From positions 1 to 26,182 of the forward strand of contig CAZFUK010000002.1 of NCBI GenBank assembly GCA_964522005.1: a stretch of 26,182 nucleotides of DNA. The letters are read 5' to 3'. Source of the DNA: an uncultured Anaerolineales bacterium (GTDB lineage Bacteria; Chloroflexota; Anaerolineae; Epilineales; JAHCIE01). Made by a program: the position numbers and the translations under genes. Positions 16,436 to 24,500 of this stretch are shown one piece after another (position 1 is the first letter of the stretch; every line of letters begins with the position of its first letter). A model generated the notes under the pieces. It saw only the letters and a program-made list of their open reading frames with translations. It made no database searches and was not told the DNA's origin.

Positions 16436-18004
16436 CTAGGCGCTCAAATTGGGCCGCAACCGGCCCAGGCCACGGCGCAGGATGGCCTGCACCGTCAGCA
16501 TCTCGGGCGCGCGCAGGAGCAGGGCGGCCAGGATGAAGCTCAGCGCGCCGACGCTGATGCCGACCAGCGCGACCAGCGTGCCGGGCAGGGGCGGCAGCAC
16601 CATCAGCAGGCCTATCAGGACAACGGCCATGACCGCCGACGCGCTCAGGGTGCGGGCCAGGGAGTTCCATAGCTCCTCGCCCAGCCCGCCCAACCGCCGG
16701 CGGAGGATGGCGACCAGGATCGCCATCTCCAGCGTCGTCGCCAGGGTGTTGGCGAGGGCCAGCCCGCCGTGGTCCAGCGCGCCGATGAAGACCAGGCTGA
16801 GGCCGATGTTGGCGAGCATGGCCGCCGCGCCGTAGATGACCGGGGTGAGGGTGTCGTGGAGGGCGTAGTAGGCGCGGGTGACGATTTCCAGGGCGGAGTG
16901 GGCGAACAGGCCGAGGGCGTAGAACTGGAGGGCGTAGGCCGTGATCTCGGTCGAGGCGGCCGTGAACTCGCCGCGCTGGAACAGCAACTGGATGAGGGGG
17001 GTGCGCAGCAGGAACAGGCCGATGCTAGCCGGGATGCTGACGAACAGCACCAGCCGCAGCAGCGTCGCCAGCGTCTCGCGCAGGGCGTCGCGATCGCCCC
17101 GCGCGGCCTGGGCCGAGAACGTGGGGAAGACGGCGTTGGCGATGGACAGGGCGAACACACCCTGGGGCAGCAGCATGAGCAGCCAGGCGTAGTTGAGGGC
17201 CGTCACGCGGGCCGCACCGTCGGGCAGCCGCGACGCCAGGTTGGTGTTCATCCAGAAGTTAAGCTGGACGGCGGCCATACCCAGCACGCGCGGGCCGAGC
17301 AGGATGGCGACCTTGCGCACGCGGGCGTTGTGGAGGCCGAGCGTCCAGTAGTAGTGGCTGGGCAGGCCCCGCAGACCCGGCAATTGGACGGCCAGGTGGA
17401 GCGCGGCCCCCACCACAGCGCCCACCGCCAGCCCGCGCACGCCGAAGCCCATGGGCGCGAGGAACAGCGCGCCGAGGATAATCGCCAGGTTGTAGAAGAT
17501 GGGCGCCAGGGAGGGCAGGAAGAACTGCTGGTGCGAGTTGAGGATGGCGGTGAGCAAGCCGCTGACGCCGAACAGGATGGGCGACAGGAGCATGACCCGC
17601 GCCAACTCGGCGGTCAGCGCCTGCTCTTCGGGCGTGTAGCCGGGGGCGAGCAGCGTCCGCGTCAGTTGCGGCGCGGCGATGGCGGCCGCCGACGCTGTGA
17701 CGAGGAGCACCAGGGTCAACAGGTTCATGATGCCGCTCGCCAGCCGCCAGGCTTCGGACTCGTCCCCCTGGGCTGTCGCCTCCACGAAGACCGGGATAAA
17801 GGCCGAACCGATGGCCCCGGCGCCGATGACGTTAAACAGGAAGTCGGGGATACGAAAGGCGGCCTGGTACGCGCCCAGGTCCGGGTTGGTGCCGAACTGG
17901 AAGGCCAGCACCGACTCGCGCGCCAGCCCCAGCACGCGGCTGACGACAAACGCCCCCATCATGATGACCGCCGCGCGCGCGATGCCGCCCGTCCGTTGAC
18001 TCAC
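16436..18004 (-). CDS. murJ: Lipid II flippase MurJ (MviN, 522 aa)
   Basis: SRVLGLARE, AFRIPDFLF, AFIPVF, LSPILFG, LAPIFYNL, LPQGVFALSIANAVFPTFS and RAYYALHDTLTPV motifs; GTG start with GGAGG RBS. Confidence 0.93.
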   Translation of the reverse strand: MSQRTGGIARAAVIMMGAFVVSRVLGLARESVLAFQFGTNPDLGAYQAAFRIPDFLFNVIGAGAIGSAFIPVFVEATAQGDESEAWRLASGIMNLLTLVLLVTASAAAIAAPQLTRTLLAPGYTPEEQALTAELARVMLLSPILFGVSGLLTAILNSHQQFFLPSLAPIFYNLAIILGALFLAPMGFGVRGLAVGAVVGAALHLAVQLPGLRGLPSHYYWTLGLHNARVRKVAILLGPRVLGMAAVQLNFWMNTNLASRLPDGAARVTALNYAWLLMLLPQGVFALSIANAVFPTFSAQAARGDRDALRETLATLLRLVLFVSIPASIGLFLLRTPLIQLLFQRGEFTAASTEITAYALQFYALGLFAHSALEIVTRAYYALHDTLTPVIYGAAAMLANIGLSLVFIGALDHGGLALANTLATTLEMAILVAILRRRLGGLGEELWNSLARTLSASAVMAVVLIGLLMVLPPLPGTLVALVGISVGALSFILAALLLRAPEMLTVQAILRRGLGRLRPNLSA

Positions 18005-18098
18005 CCCGCCTCCCCGTAGCCGCTAGCTGTCCAGCGTAAGTCCAGTATAAGATGAGATTGTACTCTGAAATAGCTAGCGAGGCTACTTCGCCCGAAAT

Positions 18099-18127
18099 TG
18101 GACAGATCAGCCCTTTTAGAGTAAGAT
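18099..18127 (+). promoter_or_regulatory. Putative rpsT promoter
   Basis: TGGACA-17 nt-TAAGAT about 70 nt upstream of the start. Confidence 0.55.
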
Positions 18128-18194
18128 TAACGGTCGCACAAGCACTTATTCCGTGCATCACTGCATGGGTCTCGTTTCCAGGGAGGATTAGAAG

Positions 18195-18494
18195 TTGGCC
18201 AACACCAAGGCTGCCGAAAAAGCCATTCGCCAGAACGAGCGGCGCCGCGCCCGCAATCGCTGGTTTGTCTCACGCACCCGCACCTTCGCCAAGAAGGCTC
18301 TCAAGGCGATCCAGTCGGGCGACGCTCAGGCCGCCCAGGCCGCCTTTGTCGAGGCGCAGAGCGCGTTCGACAAGGCCGCGGCGAAGGGCATCATTCATAA
18401 GAACAACGCCGCCCGCCACAAGGCGCGTCTGGCCGCCCGCCTGAAGGCGATGACCGGCTCGGGTGCGCCCTCGGCGTCCGCGACCTCGCGCTAA
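18195..18494 (+). CDS. rpsT: 30S ribosomal protein S20
   Basis: ANTKAAEKAIRQNERRRARN...DKAAAKGIIHKNNAARHKARL; TTG start with GGGAGG RBS. Confidence 0.97.
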   Translation: MANTKAAEKAIRQNERRRARNRWFVSRTRTFAKKALKAIQSGDAQAAQAAFVEAQSAFDKAAAKGIIHKNNAARHKARLAARLKAMTGSGAPSASATSR

Positions 18495-18537
18495 ATCGCC
18501 TCTAGCGCTGCATCCTAACACTGCATCTCTTTGCCTT

Positions 18538-18570
18538 AGACCCTAAAGGTCTTGAAGACCTTTAGGGTCT
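18538..18570. repeat. 33-bp double-palindrome REP-like element, probably also the rpsT terminator
   Basis: AGACCCTAAAGGTCT TGA AGACCTTTAGGGTCT followed by TTCTT; same scaffold as 3272-3304. Confidence 0.8.
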
Positions 18571-18634
18571 TTCTTGCTACCACTACCCCGCGCTGCCAAA
18601 TTCCCCAGCCACTCAAAAATAATAGGATTTCCCC

Positions 18635-18663
18635 TTGACAAAGAACGCCTGTTCTGATATACT
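18635..18663 (+). promoter_or_regulatory. lexA operon sigma70-type promoter
   Basis: TTGACA (18635-18640), 17-nt spacer, TATACT (18658-18663), with an A-rich UP-like region upstream. Confidence 0.88.
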
Positions 18664-18694
18664 CTAGAACAAGGGTTCTAAGAACAATCGTTCT
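18642..18694. promoter_or_regulatory. Three tandem LexA (SOS) boxes, AGAAC-N4-GTTCT
   Basis: AGAACgcctGTTCT 18642-18655 (in the promoter spacer), AGAACaaggGTTCT 18666-18679 (over +1) and AGAACaatcGTTCT 18681-18694 (next to the AGGAGG RBS). This matches the Gram-positive/Chloroflexi GAAC-N4-GTTC type. Confidence 0.92.
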
Positions 18695-18708
18695 GTAGGA
18701 GGGGTTAG

Positions 18709-19359
18709 ATGTACGCCGAGATGACGTTTGAAATGACCGAGCACGACACGCGGATTCTAGACTTTGTCGAGGACTACCTGACGGACAAGGGACGCGCGCC
18801 GTCCATTGAAGAGATACGCCAGGCGACCCAGATGGCTTCCAAGGACCACGTCCACCGCGACCTCAAGCGCCTGGAGCAGTTGGGCTTCCTGCGCATCACG
18901 CGCGGCATCGCCCGTGGCATCGAGTTGCTGCGCTGCGCCGACGGTATGGACTACCGCAGCGGCATCCTGGCCGTGCCCATGTGCGGCGTCATCGCCGCTG
19001 GTCAGCCCATCCCCGTTCCCGAGCCGTCCCCCAACGCCTACGACTCGCTCGAACTGACACGCGACATCGTGCGCGACACGCGGGGCGTCTACGCCCTGCG
19101 CGTCAAGGGGACCTCGATGATTGACGCGCTCATCAACGACGGCGACATCGTGATTATGCGCCGCGTGGCGAGCGCCGACAACGGGGACATGGTGGCGGTG
19201 TGGATCAAGAGCCAGGAAGCCACGACGCTCAAGCGTTTCTTTGACGAGGGCGAGCGCATCCGCCTCCAGCCCGAGAACCGCGACATGCAGCCCATCTTCG
19301 TCAACCCTGACGATGTGGAAATCCAGGGTAAAGTGATTGCGGTTATCCGCCACGTCTAA
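18709..19359 (+). CDS. lexA: LexA-type SOS repressor (216 aa)
   Basis: N-terminal wHTH; Ala-Gly cleavage site in GVIAAGQP; catalytic Ser in VKGTSMIDALINDGD; catalytic Lys in TTLKRF; RLQPEN and IQGKVIAV. Confidence 0.93.
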   Translation: MYAEMTFEMTEHDTRILDFVEDYLTDKGRAPSIEEIRQATQMASKDHVHRDLKRLEQLGFLRITRGIARGIELLRCADGMDYRSGILAVPMCGVIAAGQPIPVPEPSPNAYDSLELTRDIVRDTRGVYALRVKGTSMIDALINDGDIVIMRRVASADNGDMVAVWIKSQEATTLKRFFDEGERIRLQPENRDMQPIFVNPDDVEIQGKVIAVIRHV

Positions 19360-19360
19360 A

Positions 19361-19454
19361 ATGACTAATGATTAAAGACTGATGATTGAAGATTAACATC
19401 AGCATCAGTCTTTAATCATCAATCTTGAGTCTTTAGTCATTAGTCTTTTGTCTT
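19361..19454. repeat. AT-rich heptamer tandem-repeat palindrome (STRR-like)
   Basis: Five heptamers ATGACTA ATGATTA AAGACTG ATGATTG AAGATTA, a 10-nt spacer, then seven reverse-complement heptamers CAGTCTT TAATCAT CAATCTT GAGTCTT TAGTCAT TAGTCTT TTGTCTT. Confidence 0.85.
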
Positions 19455-19466
19455 TAGGGAGTGCGT

Positions 19467-20645
19467 ATGGGCAAGCGAGTTGACGAATTGCACTTCCAGG
19501 CCGACCAGATTGAATCAGTGCTCGCCAGCCACCGGCTCCACGGTCGCATCACCGGTGGCTCGGTGACCCCGCAGATGGTGCGCTTCCACCTGTCGCCCGC
19601 GCTCGGCACCCGTGTCAGCCAGATCGCCCGGCTGTCCGAGGAACTCGCCCTGACCCTCGGCGCAGCCACGTGTCGGGTGGTGCGGCGCGGCCAGACCATT
19701 GACCTGGAATTCCCCCGCAGCGACCGGGGCATGGTTCGCCTGTTCGACCTGTCGCGGCGTCTGAACGGGGTGCCCGCTTGCACGGCCATCCTGGGCCTCG
19801 ACGGCGAGGGCACGCCCATCCTGTTGCGGCTCGCCAGCCCCGAAGTGCCCCACGTGCTCATCAGCGGCACGACCGGTTCGGGCAAGACGGCCCTGGCGCG
19901 CAGCATGATCGCCAGTCTGGCCGCCCACAACACGCCGGCCGACCTGGGCCTGCTGCTCATTGACCCCAAGGGCCGGGGCTACGCGCCCTTCGCCAAGCTG
20001 CCCCACCTGCTCGCGCCCATCGCGCAGGACCCGACCGAGGCCATCGCGGTGCTGGAGTGGCTGGTGGGCGAGATGGAGCGGCGCGACCGCGAGCAGATCA
20101 CCCTGCCGCGCATCGTGACCTTTATTGATGAACTGGCCGACCTGGCCCTGGTGGGCGGGCCATCCGTCACGGCGGCCCTGACGCGCCTCTCGCAGCGCGG
20201 CCGCGAGGCGGGCATCCACCTCGTCTGCTGCACGCAGAAGCCGAGCAGTTCCATTATCGGCTCGCTGGTCAAGGCCAACTTCCCGGCGCGGCTGGTGGGC
20301 AGCGTGGCGAGCGCGGAGGACGCGAAGGTCGCCACGGGCATCCCCAAGAGCGGCGCGGAGCGGCTGGCCGGTCGCGGTGACTTCCTCCTGGTCGTCCAGG
20401 GCATCACTCACCGCCTCCAGGCGGCCTACTGCTCCGAGGCGGACATCGCCGCCAGCCTCCCCAAAGGCGAGACGCCGCGTCCGCTCAAGAGCCAGCCGGC
20501 TCTGCCTCCCATTGTCACCCCCGCTGTCACACGGCGGGCGCAGGCTGTCGCCGCCCCGCTCGTCCCTGCCGAAGACGAGCGCAAGGTGGTCAACGCGCCG
20601 TTGCCCCTGCCAAGGCAGCGTCCACACCTGGTACGGGTGAAATAG
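19467..20645 (+). CDS. Soluble FtsK/SpoIIIE-family ATPase: alpha+beta motor only, no TM and no gamma domain (392 aa)
   Basis: Alpha domain (SVTPQMVRFHLSPALGTRVSQIARLSEELAL), Walker A HVLISGTTGSGKT, LIDPKG, Walker B IDELADL, QRGREAGIHLVCCTQKPS, NFPARL, AERLAGRGDFL. ATG 19467 follows AGGGAG. Confidence 0.88.
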   Translation: MGKRVDELHFQADQIESVLASHRLHGRITGGSVTPQMVRFHLSPALGTRVSQIARLSEELALTLGAATCRVVRRGQTIDLEFPRSDRGMVRLFDLSRRLNGVPACTAILGLDGEGTPILLRLASPEVPHVLISGTTGSGKTALARSMIASLAAHNTPADLGLLLIDPKGRGYAPFAKLPHLLAPIAQDPTEAIAVLEWLVGEMERRDREQITLPRIVTFIDELADLALVGGPSVTAALTRLSQRGREAGIHLVCCTQKPSSSIIGSLVKANFPARLVGSVASAEDAKVATGIPKSGAERLAGRGDFLLVVQGITHRLQAAYCSEADIAASLPKGETPRPLKSQPALPPIVTPAVTRRAQAVAAPLVPAEDERKVVNAPLPLPRQRPHLVRVK

Positions 20646-20667
20646 GGTACGACCCTGTCGAGGTCCT

Positions 20668-21063
20668 ATGCAATTGGTCACGCGGCTCTGTCTCATTGCG
20701 TTCTCCGCGGCCCTCGGAATTGCCGTCGCCTATCGGCTCACGCCCGAAGCGATGGCCGTCGTGGTCGGTGTCCTGATGGGCGTCCTGGCGAGCCTGCCCA
20801 TCGCCCTGATTGTGATCTATGCCATGCGCCGCCCGGTCGCGGCGCGAGAGCCGGAAGCCCCCGCCCGGCCCGAACCGCCGACCGTCCACCCGACGGCGTA
20901 TCCCGCCCCGGCGCACGGACTGCCGCAGGGCGCGCCCGCGCCGCAGATTGTCGTGGTGCCCATGCCGCAGGCCGCGATGCCGCGCCAGATGGCAGGCATG
21001 TGGTCCCAGGCGATGCCCGCCCCCGCCCCGCGCGACTTTCATATCATTGGCGAAGACGAGTAA
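20668..21063 (+). CDS. Hypothetical membrane protein: two N-terminal TM helices and a Pro/Ala/Gln-rich tail (131 aa)
   Basis: Hydrophobic LCLIAFSAALGIAVAY and AMAVVVGVLMGVLASLPIALIVIYAM; GAGGT RBS; 22 nt after the ATPase stop; codon usage like neighbouring genes. Confidence 0.78.
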   Translation: MQLVTRLCLIAFSAALGIAVAYRLTPEAMAVVVGVLMGVLASLPIALIVIYAMRRPVAAREPEAPARPEPPTVHPTAYPAPAHGLPQGAPAPQIVVVPMPQAAMPRQMAGMWSQAMPAPAPRDFHIIGEDE

Positions 21064-21086
21064 CGGTTACCCCAAGGAGTTGTAGT

Positions 21087-21401
21087 ATGCAGGTCGGCCT
21101 GCTCTGGTTTGACAAAGACCCCCGTATCCCCTTTATGCAGAAAGTGCTTGAGGCGGCGGAGCGCTATCACGAGAAGTTTGGCGTCGAGGCGAACACATGC
21201 TACGTTCACCCGTCCATCCTGCCCGCCGGCGTGATCGTCCCCGGCTTCGAGCTGCGCACGCGCGCCACGATCCTGCCCCACCACTTCTGGGTGGGCTTCG
21301 CCGAGGACGCCCAGCCCGTGGCCCGTATCACCCCCATCGAGACGGCCGCCCCTCCGGTGGAGGAAGAGCCGCGTCCGCGCCGCAAGCGCCGCGCCGCTTA
21401 A
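21087..21401 (+). CDS. Small hypothetical soluble protein (104 aa)
   Basis: AAGGAG RBS before ATG 21087; MQVGLLWFD...AAERYHEKFG...CYVHP...ILPHHFWVG, ending in a basic tail (PRRKRRAA). Confidence 0.78.
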   Translation: MQVGLLWFDKDPRIPFMQKVLEAAERYHEKFGVEANTCYVHPSILPAGVIVPGFELRTRATILPHHFWVGFAEDAQPVARITPIETAAPPVEEEPRPRRKRRAA

Positions 21402-21427
21402 CCCGAATTTATCCTCCTACCCCTCCT

Positions 21428-21467
21428 CCGTCGCGCTGGTAAGCTCCCACCAGCGCGACGGGCTTTT
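21428..21467 (+). terminator. Intrinsic terminator closing the lexA unit
   Basis: CCGTCGCGCTGGT-AAGCTCCC-ACCAGCGCGACGG perfect 13-bp stem followed by GCTTTT. Confidence 0.75.
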
Positions 21468-21517
21468 GAGTCCCCAAAGTTAAACCAAGACAGGCGAATG
21501 CCGTATACTTGCAGCCT

Positions 21518-24500
21518 ATGCGTCGCCTCTTTGCCTGGGCCGCGTCGGCCCGCCGTCTCCTGCTGCGCGAGGGTCTGGTCCCCCTGGCGCTGCTGGTCTT
21601 CCTGCTGGCTATGTTCGGCCCCGTCACCCTGGGCGGCCGCAGCCTCGTGCCCTTCGACGCCCTCTACCAGTTCGCGCCCTGGTCGAGCTTCGCCGCCCAG
21701 CAAGGCGTCGGCCCCCCCCACAACGCCCTCGTCACCGACCTGCTACTCCAGAACTACCCCTGGAAAGCCTTTATTGTGCGCCAGCTTGGAGCCGGGCAGG
21801 TTCCGCTGTGGAACCCCTACCTGTTCGCCGGTGTGCCCTTCCTGGCCGCCGGGCAGCACTCCGCGCTCTACCCCCTGAGCCTCCTCTATTACACCCTCCC
21901 GCTCTGGCTGGCCTTTGGCTGGTTCACCGTCGTCCAGGTCTGGCTGGCCGGCCTGGGCACGTATGCCTACGCCCGGACGCTCGGTCTGGGGCGCGCGGCG
22001 GCAGGCGTGGCCGCGTTCACCTTCGCCCTGGGCCAGTTGTTCCTGGTCAACCCGGTCCACCCGATGATTCTGGCCGGCATGAGTTGGCTGCCGGTGATTC
22101 TGCTGGCCCTGGAGCATCTCATGCGCCGCCTGGTGCGCGGTGACGGGCTGAGCCTGGGCGTCACGCTCTCCGCCAGCCTGGCCGCCGGGGCAATTACCCT
22201 CGTCTTCCTGGCCGGGCACATCGAAATCGCCCTCTATACCCTCCTCGTCGCCGGCTTCTACGCCCTGTGGCGGCTGGTCAGTCTTACCACAGAGGCACGG
22301 AGGGGTGGAGCCTCAATAGCCTCCGTGTCCTCCACCCCTCCGTGGTTTAGCGCCTTCCTCCGTCACGGTGGAATACTCATGGGCGTCGTGGTCCTCGGCC
22401 TGGGGTTGGCGGCGGTGCAGACTGTCCCGCTCTACGAGCTGGTCAGCCGCAACTTCCGCGAGGGCGGCGCCACCCTGGCCGAGGTCTACCAGTACGCCTT
22501 CCCGCCGCGCCACGTCCTGGCCTTCGTGATGCCCGACGTCTACGGCAACCCCAGCCACCACGGCTACTATGACATTGTCGAGGGCCGCTGGACGGCCGAC
22601 CCGCGCAACCGCCAGGGCCAGTCGGTGGCCGACATGGCCTGGGGCGTCAAGAACTACGTCGAAGGCGCCGTCTACGCCGGGCTGCTGCCGCTGCTGCTGG
22701 CTCTGGTGGCGTTGTGGTCTGCCGTGAGGCGACCACGGACGAAGGATGAAGGACCAATCCAGTCCGGGACGTCCCGCCCACCAGCCACCCGCCCCTACAT
22801 CCCCCTGTTTGCGACGCTCGCCCTCCTATCGCTGGCGTTCGCCTTCGGCACGCCGCTCTACGCCCTGCTGTATGCCCTGCCCGGCTTCAGCCAGTTGCAC
22901 ACCCCCTTCCGCTGGATTTTCCCCTACGCCTTCAGCCTGGCGATGCTGGCGGGTCTGGGCTGGGACGCCGTCCAGCGCCACCCCGTGGCCGCCCGGCGGC
23001 TGGGTGCGCTGGCCGCGCTGGCGGGGGGCCTGGCGCTGGTCGGCGTGGCCGTGGGCTACGCCTTCCGGCTGCGCCTCGTCCCGCTGGCCGACCGGCTGGT
23101 GGACCGCCTGGCCCGCGCCGGCGAAGTCTTTAGCGGTGGCGCGGCCTTCCTGTCCTACGAAGGCCGCGCCCTCCTGCTCTTCGCCGTGTTCCTCACGCTG
23201 TCCGGCCTGGCCCTGGTCGTCCTGGCGCGCTCCGGCTCCTCGAAGGAAGAGGGGGGAATGCGTAGGACGACGGCCTTCGCCCTGGCCGTCCTCGCCCTCG
23301 ACCTGTTCGCCGCGTCGTGGGGCTTCAACCCGGCGGTGGACCCGCGCCTGGGCGACTTCACGCCGCCCGCCGTCGCCTGGCTCCAGCAGCGCCGCGCCGA
23401 GGAAGGCCCCTTCCGCCTGACCGTCCTGGGCGACAAGGGCCTGCTGCCGCCCAACCTGGCGATGCTGTACGGCCTGGAAGATGCGCGGGGCTACGACTCG
23501 ATTATCCCGCGTCAGTATGTGGACTTCGCCCGGCTGATTGACGACCAGGATCTGCTGCTCTACAACCAGGTCGCGCCGCTCCACCGCAACGAGAGCCTGG
23601 CGTCGCCCCTGCTCGACCTGCTCGGCGTCCGCTACGTCCTCACCACGCGCCGCCTGGACCGCCCTGGCTGGACGCTGGCCTACGACGGCGAGGTCAAGAT
23701 TTACCGCAACGAGGACGCCGCCCCCCGCGCCTACTTCGCCACGAACATCCTCAACCATGAGGTGTTGGACCCTGCCGACGTGCAACGGCTGAGCGCCTTA
23801 CCCGGCCCGCCGTTGCTCGCGGCCCTGCGTGTGGACCCGGGCCAGGCCGTCCCCTTCAGCAGCGCCGTCTCCCCCTCCGATGCCGTCACCCTCACCCACT
23901 ACACCCCCTCCACCGTCGAGCTAGACGTGCGCCGCGCCGAGCAGCCCGGCCTGCTGGTGCTCAACGACAGCTACTTCCCGGGCTGGCAGGCATTCATCCG
24001 GCCCCTGAACCCCTCCCCCAACCCCTCCCCTAACAAGGGAGGGGGGGACAGCGGGGGTAATGCTCTTCCCCCCCTCTCCTCTCCGGAGAGGGAGACGGGG
24101 GGTGAGGTCGCTGTTCCCATCGTCCGCGCGACGGGGGCCTTCCGCGCCCTGTCCATCCCGCCGGGCGCGTGGCACGTGCGGCTGACCTACTCGCCCATGT
24201 CGGTCAAGGTCGGGCTGTACCTCTCCTTCCTGGCCGCTGCCCTGCTCGCCTTCCTGGTCGGCTTCGCCCTGTGGCGGAGGGTCTACGGCCCCGGCCACGA
24301 GACCGACACGGTGCGCCGCGTGGCCCGCAACTCGCTGGCCCCCATGCTGACCACCCTCGGCAACAAGGTCGTAGACTTCGCCTTCGCCGCGCTCATGCTG
24401 CGCATCCTGGGGCCGACGCTGTCCGGCCGCTACTACTTCGCTGTGGCCGTGGTCGGCTACCTGGAAATCTGGAGCAACTTCGGGCTGAACCTGTACCTGA

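Noticed and set aside
16769-18019. 416-aa plus-strand ORF
   Set aside because: Antisense shadow of murJ.
19361-19454. Tandem repeats as a possible CRISPR array
   Set aside because: 7-bp units without unique spacers, and no cas genes; the same applies to 25147-25308.
19515-20696. 393-aa minus-strand ORF
   Set aside because: Antisense shadow of the FtsK-like ATPase; no motifs.
18709-21401. Prophage or ICE interpretation of the repressor + FtsK cluster
   Set aside because: No integrase, relaxase, rep, att-like direct repeats or structural genes, and codon usage looks host-like. Ancestry from a mobile element is not excluded.
23240-23275. GAAGGAAGAGGGGGGAATGCGTAGGACGAC as a fifth in-frame repeat insertion
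   Set aside because: Purine-rich and vaguely heptamer-like, but too short and degenerate to support without an alignment.
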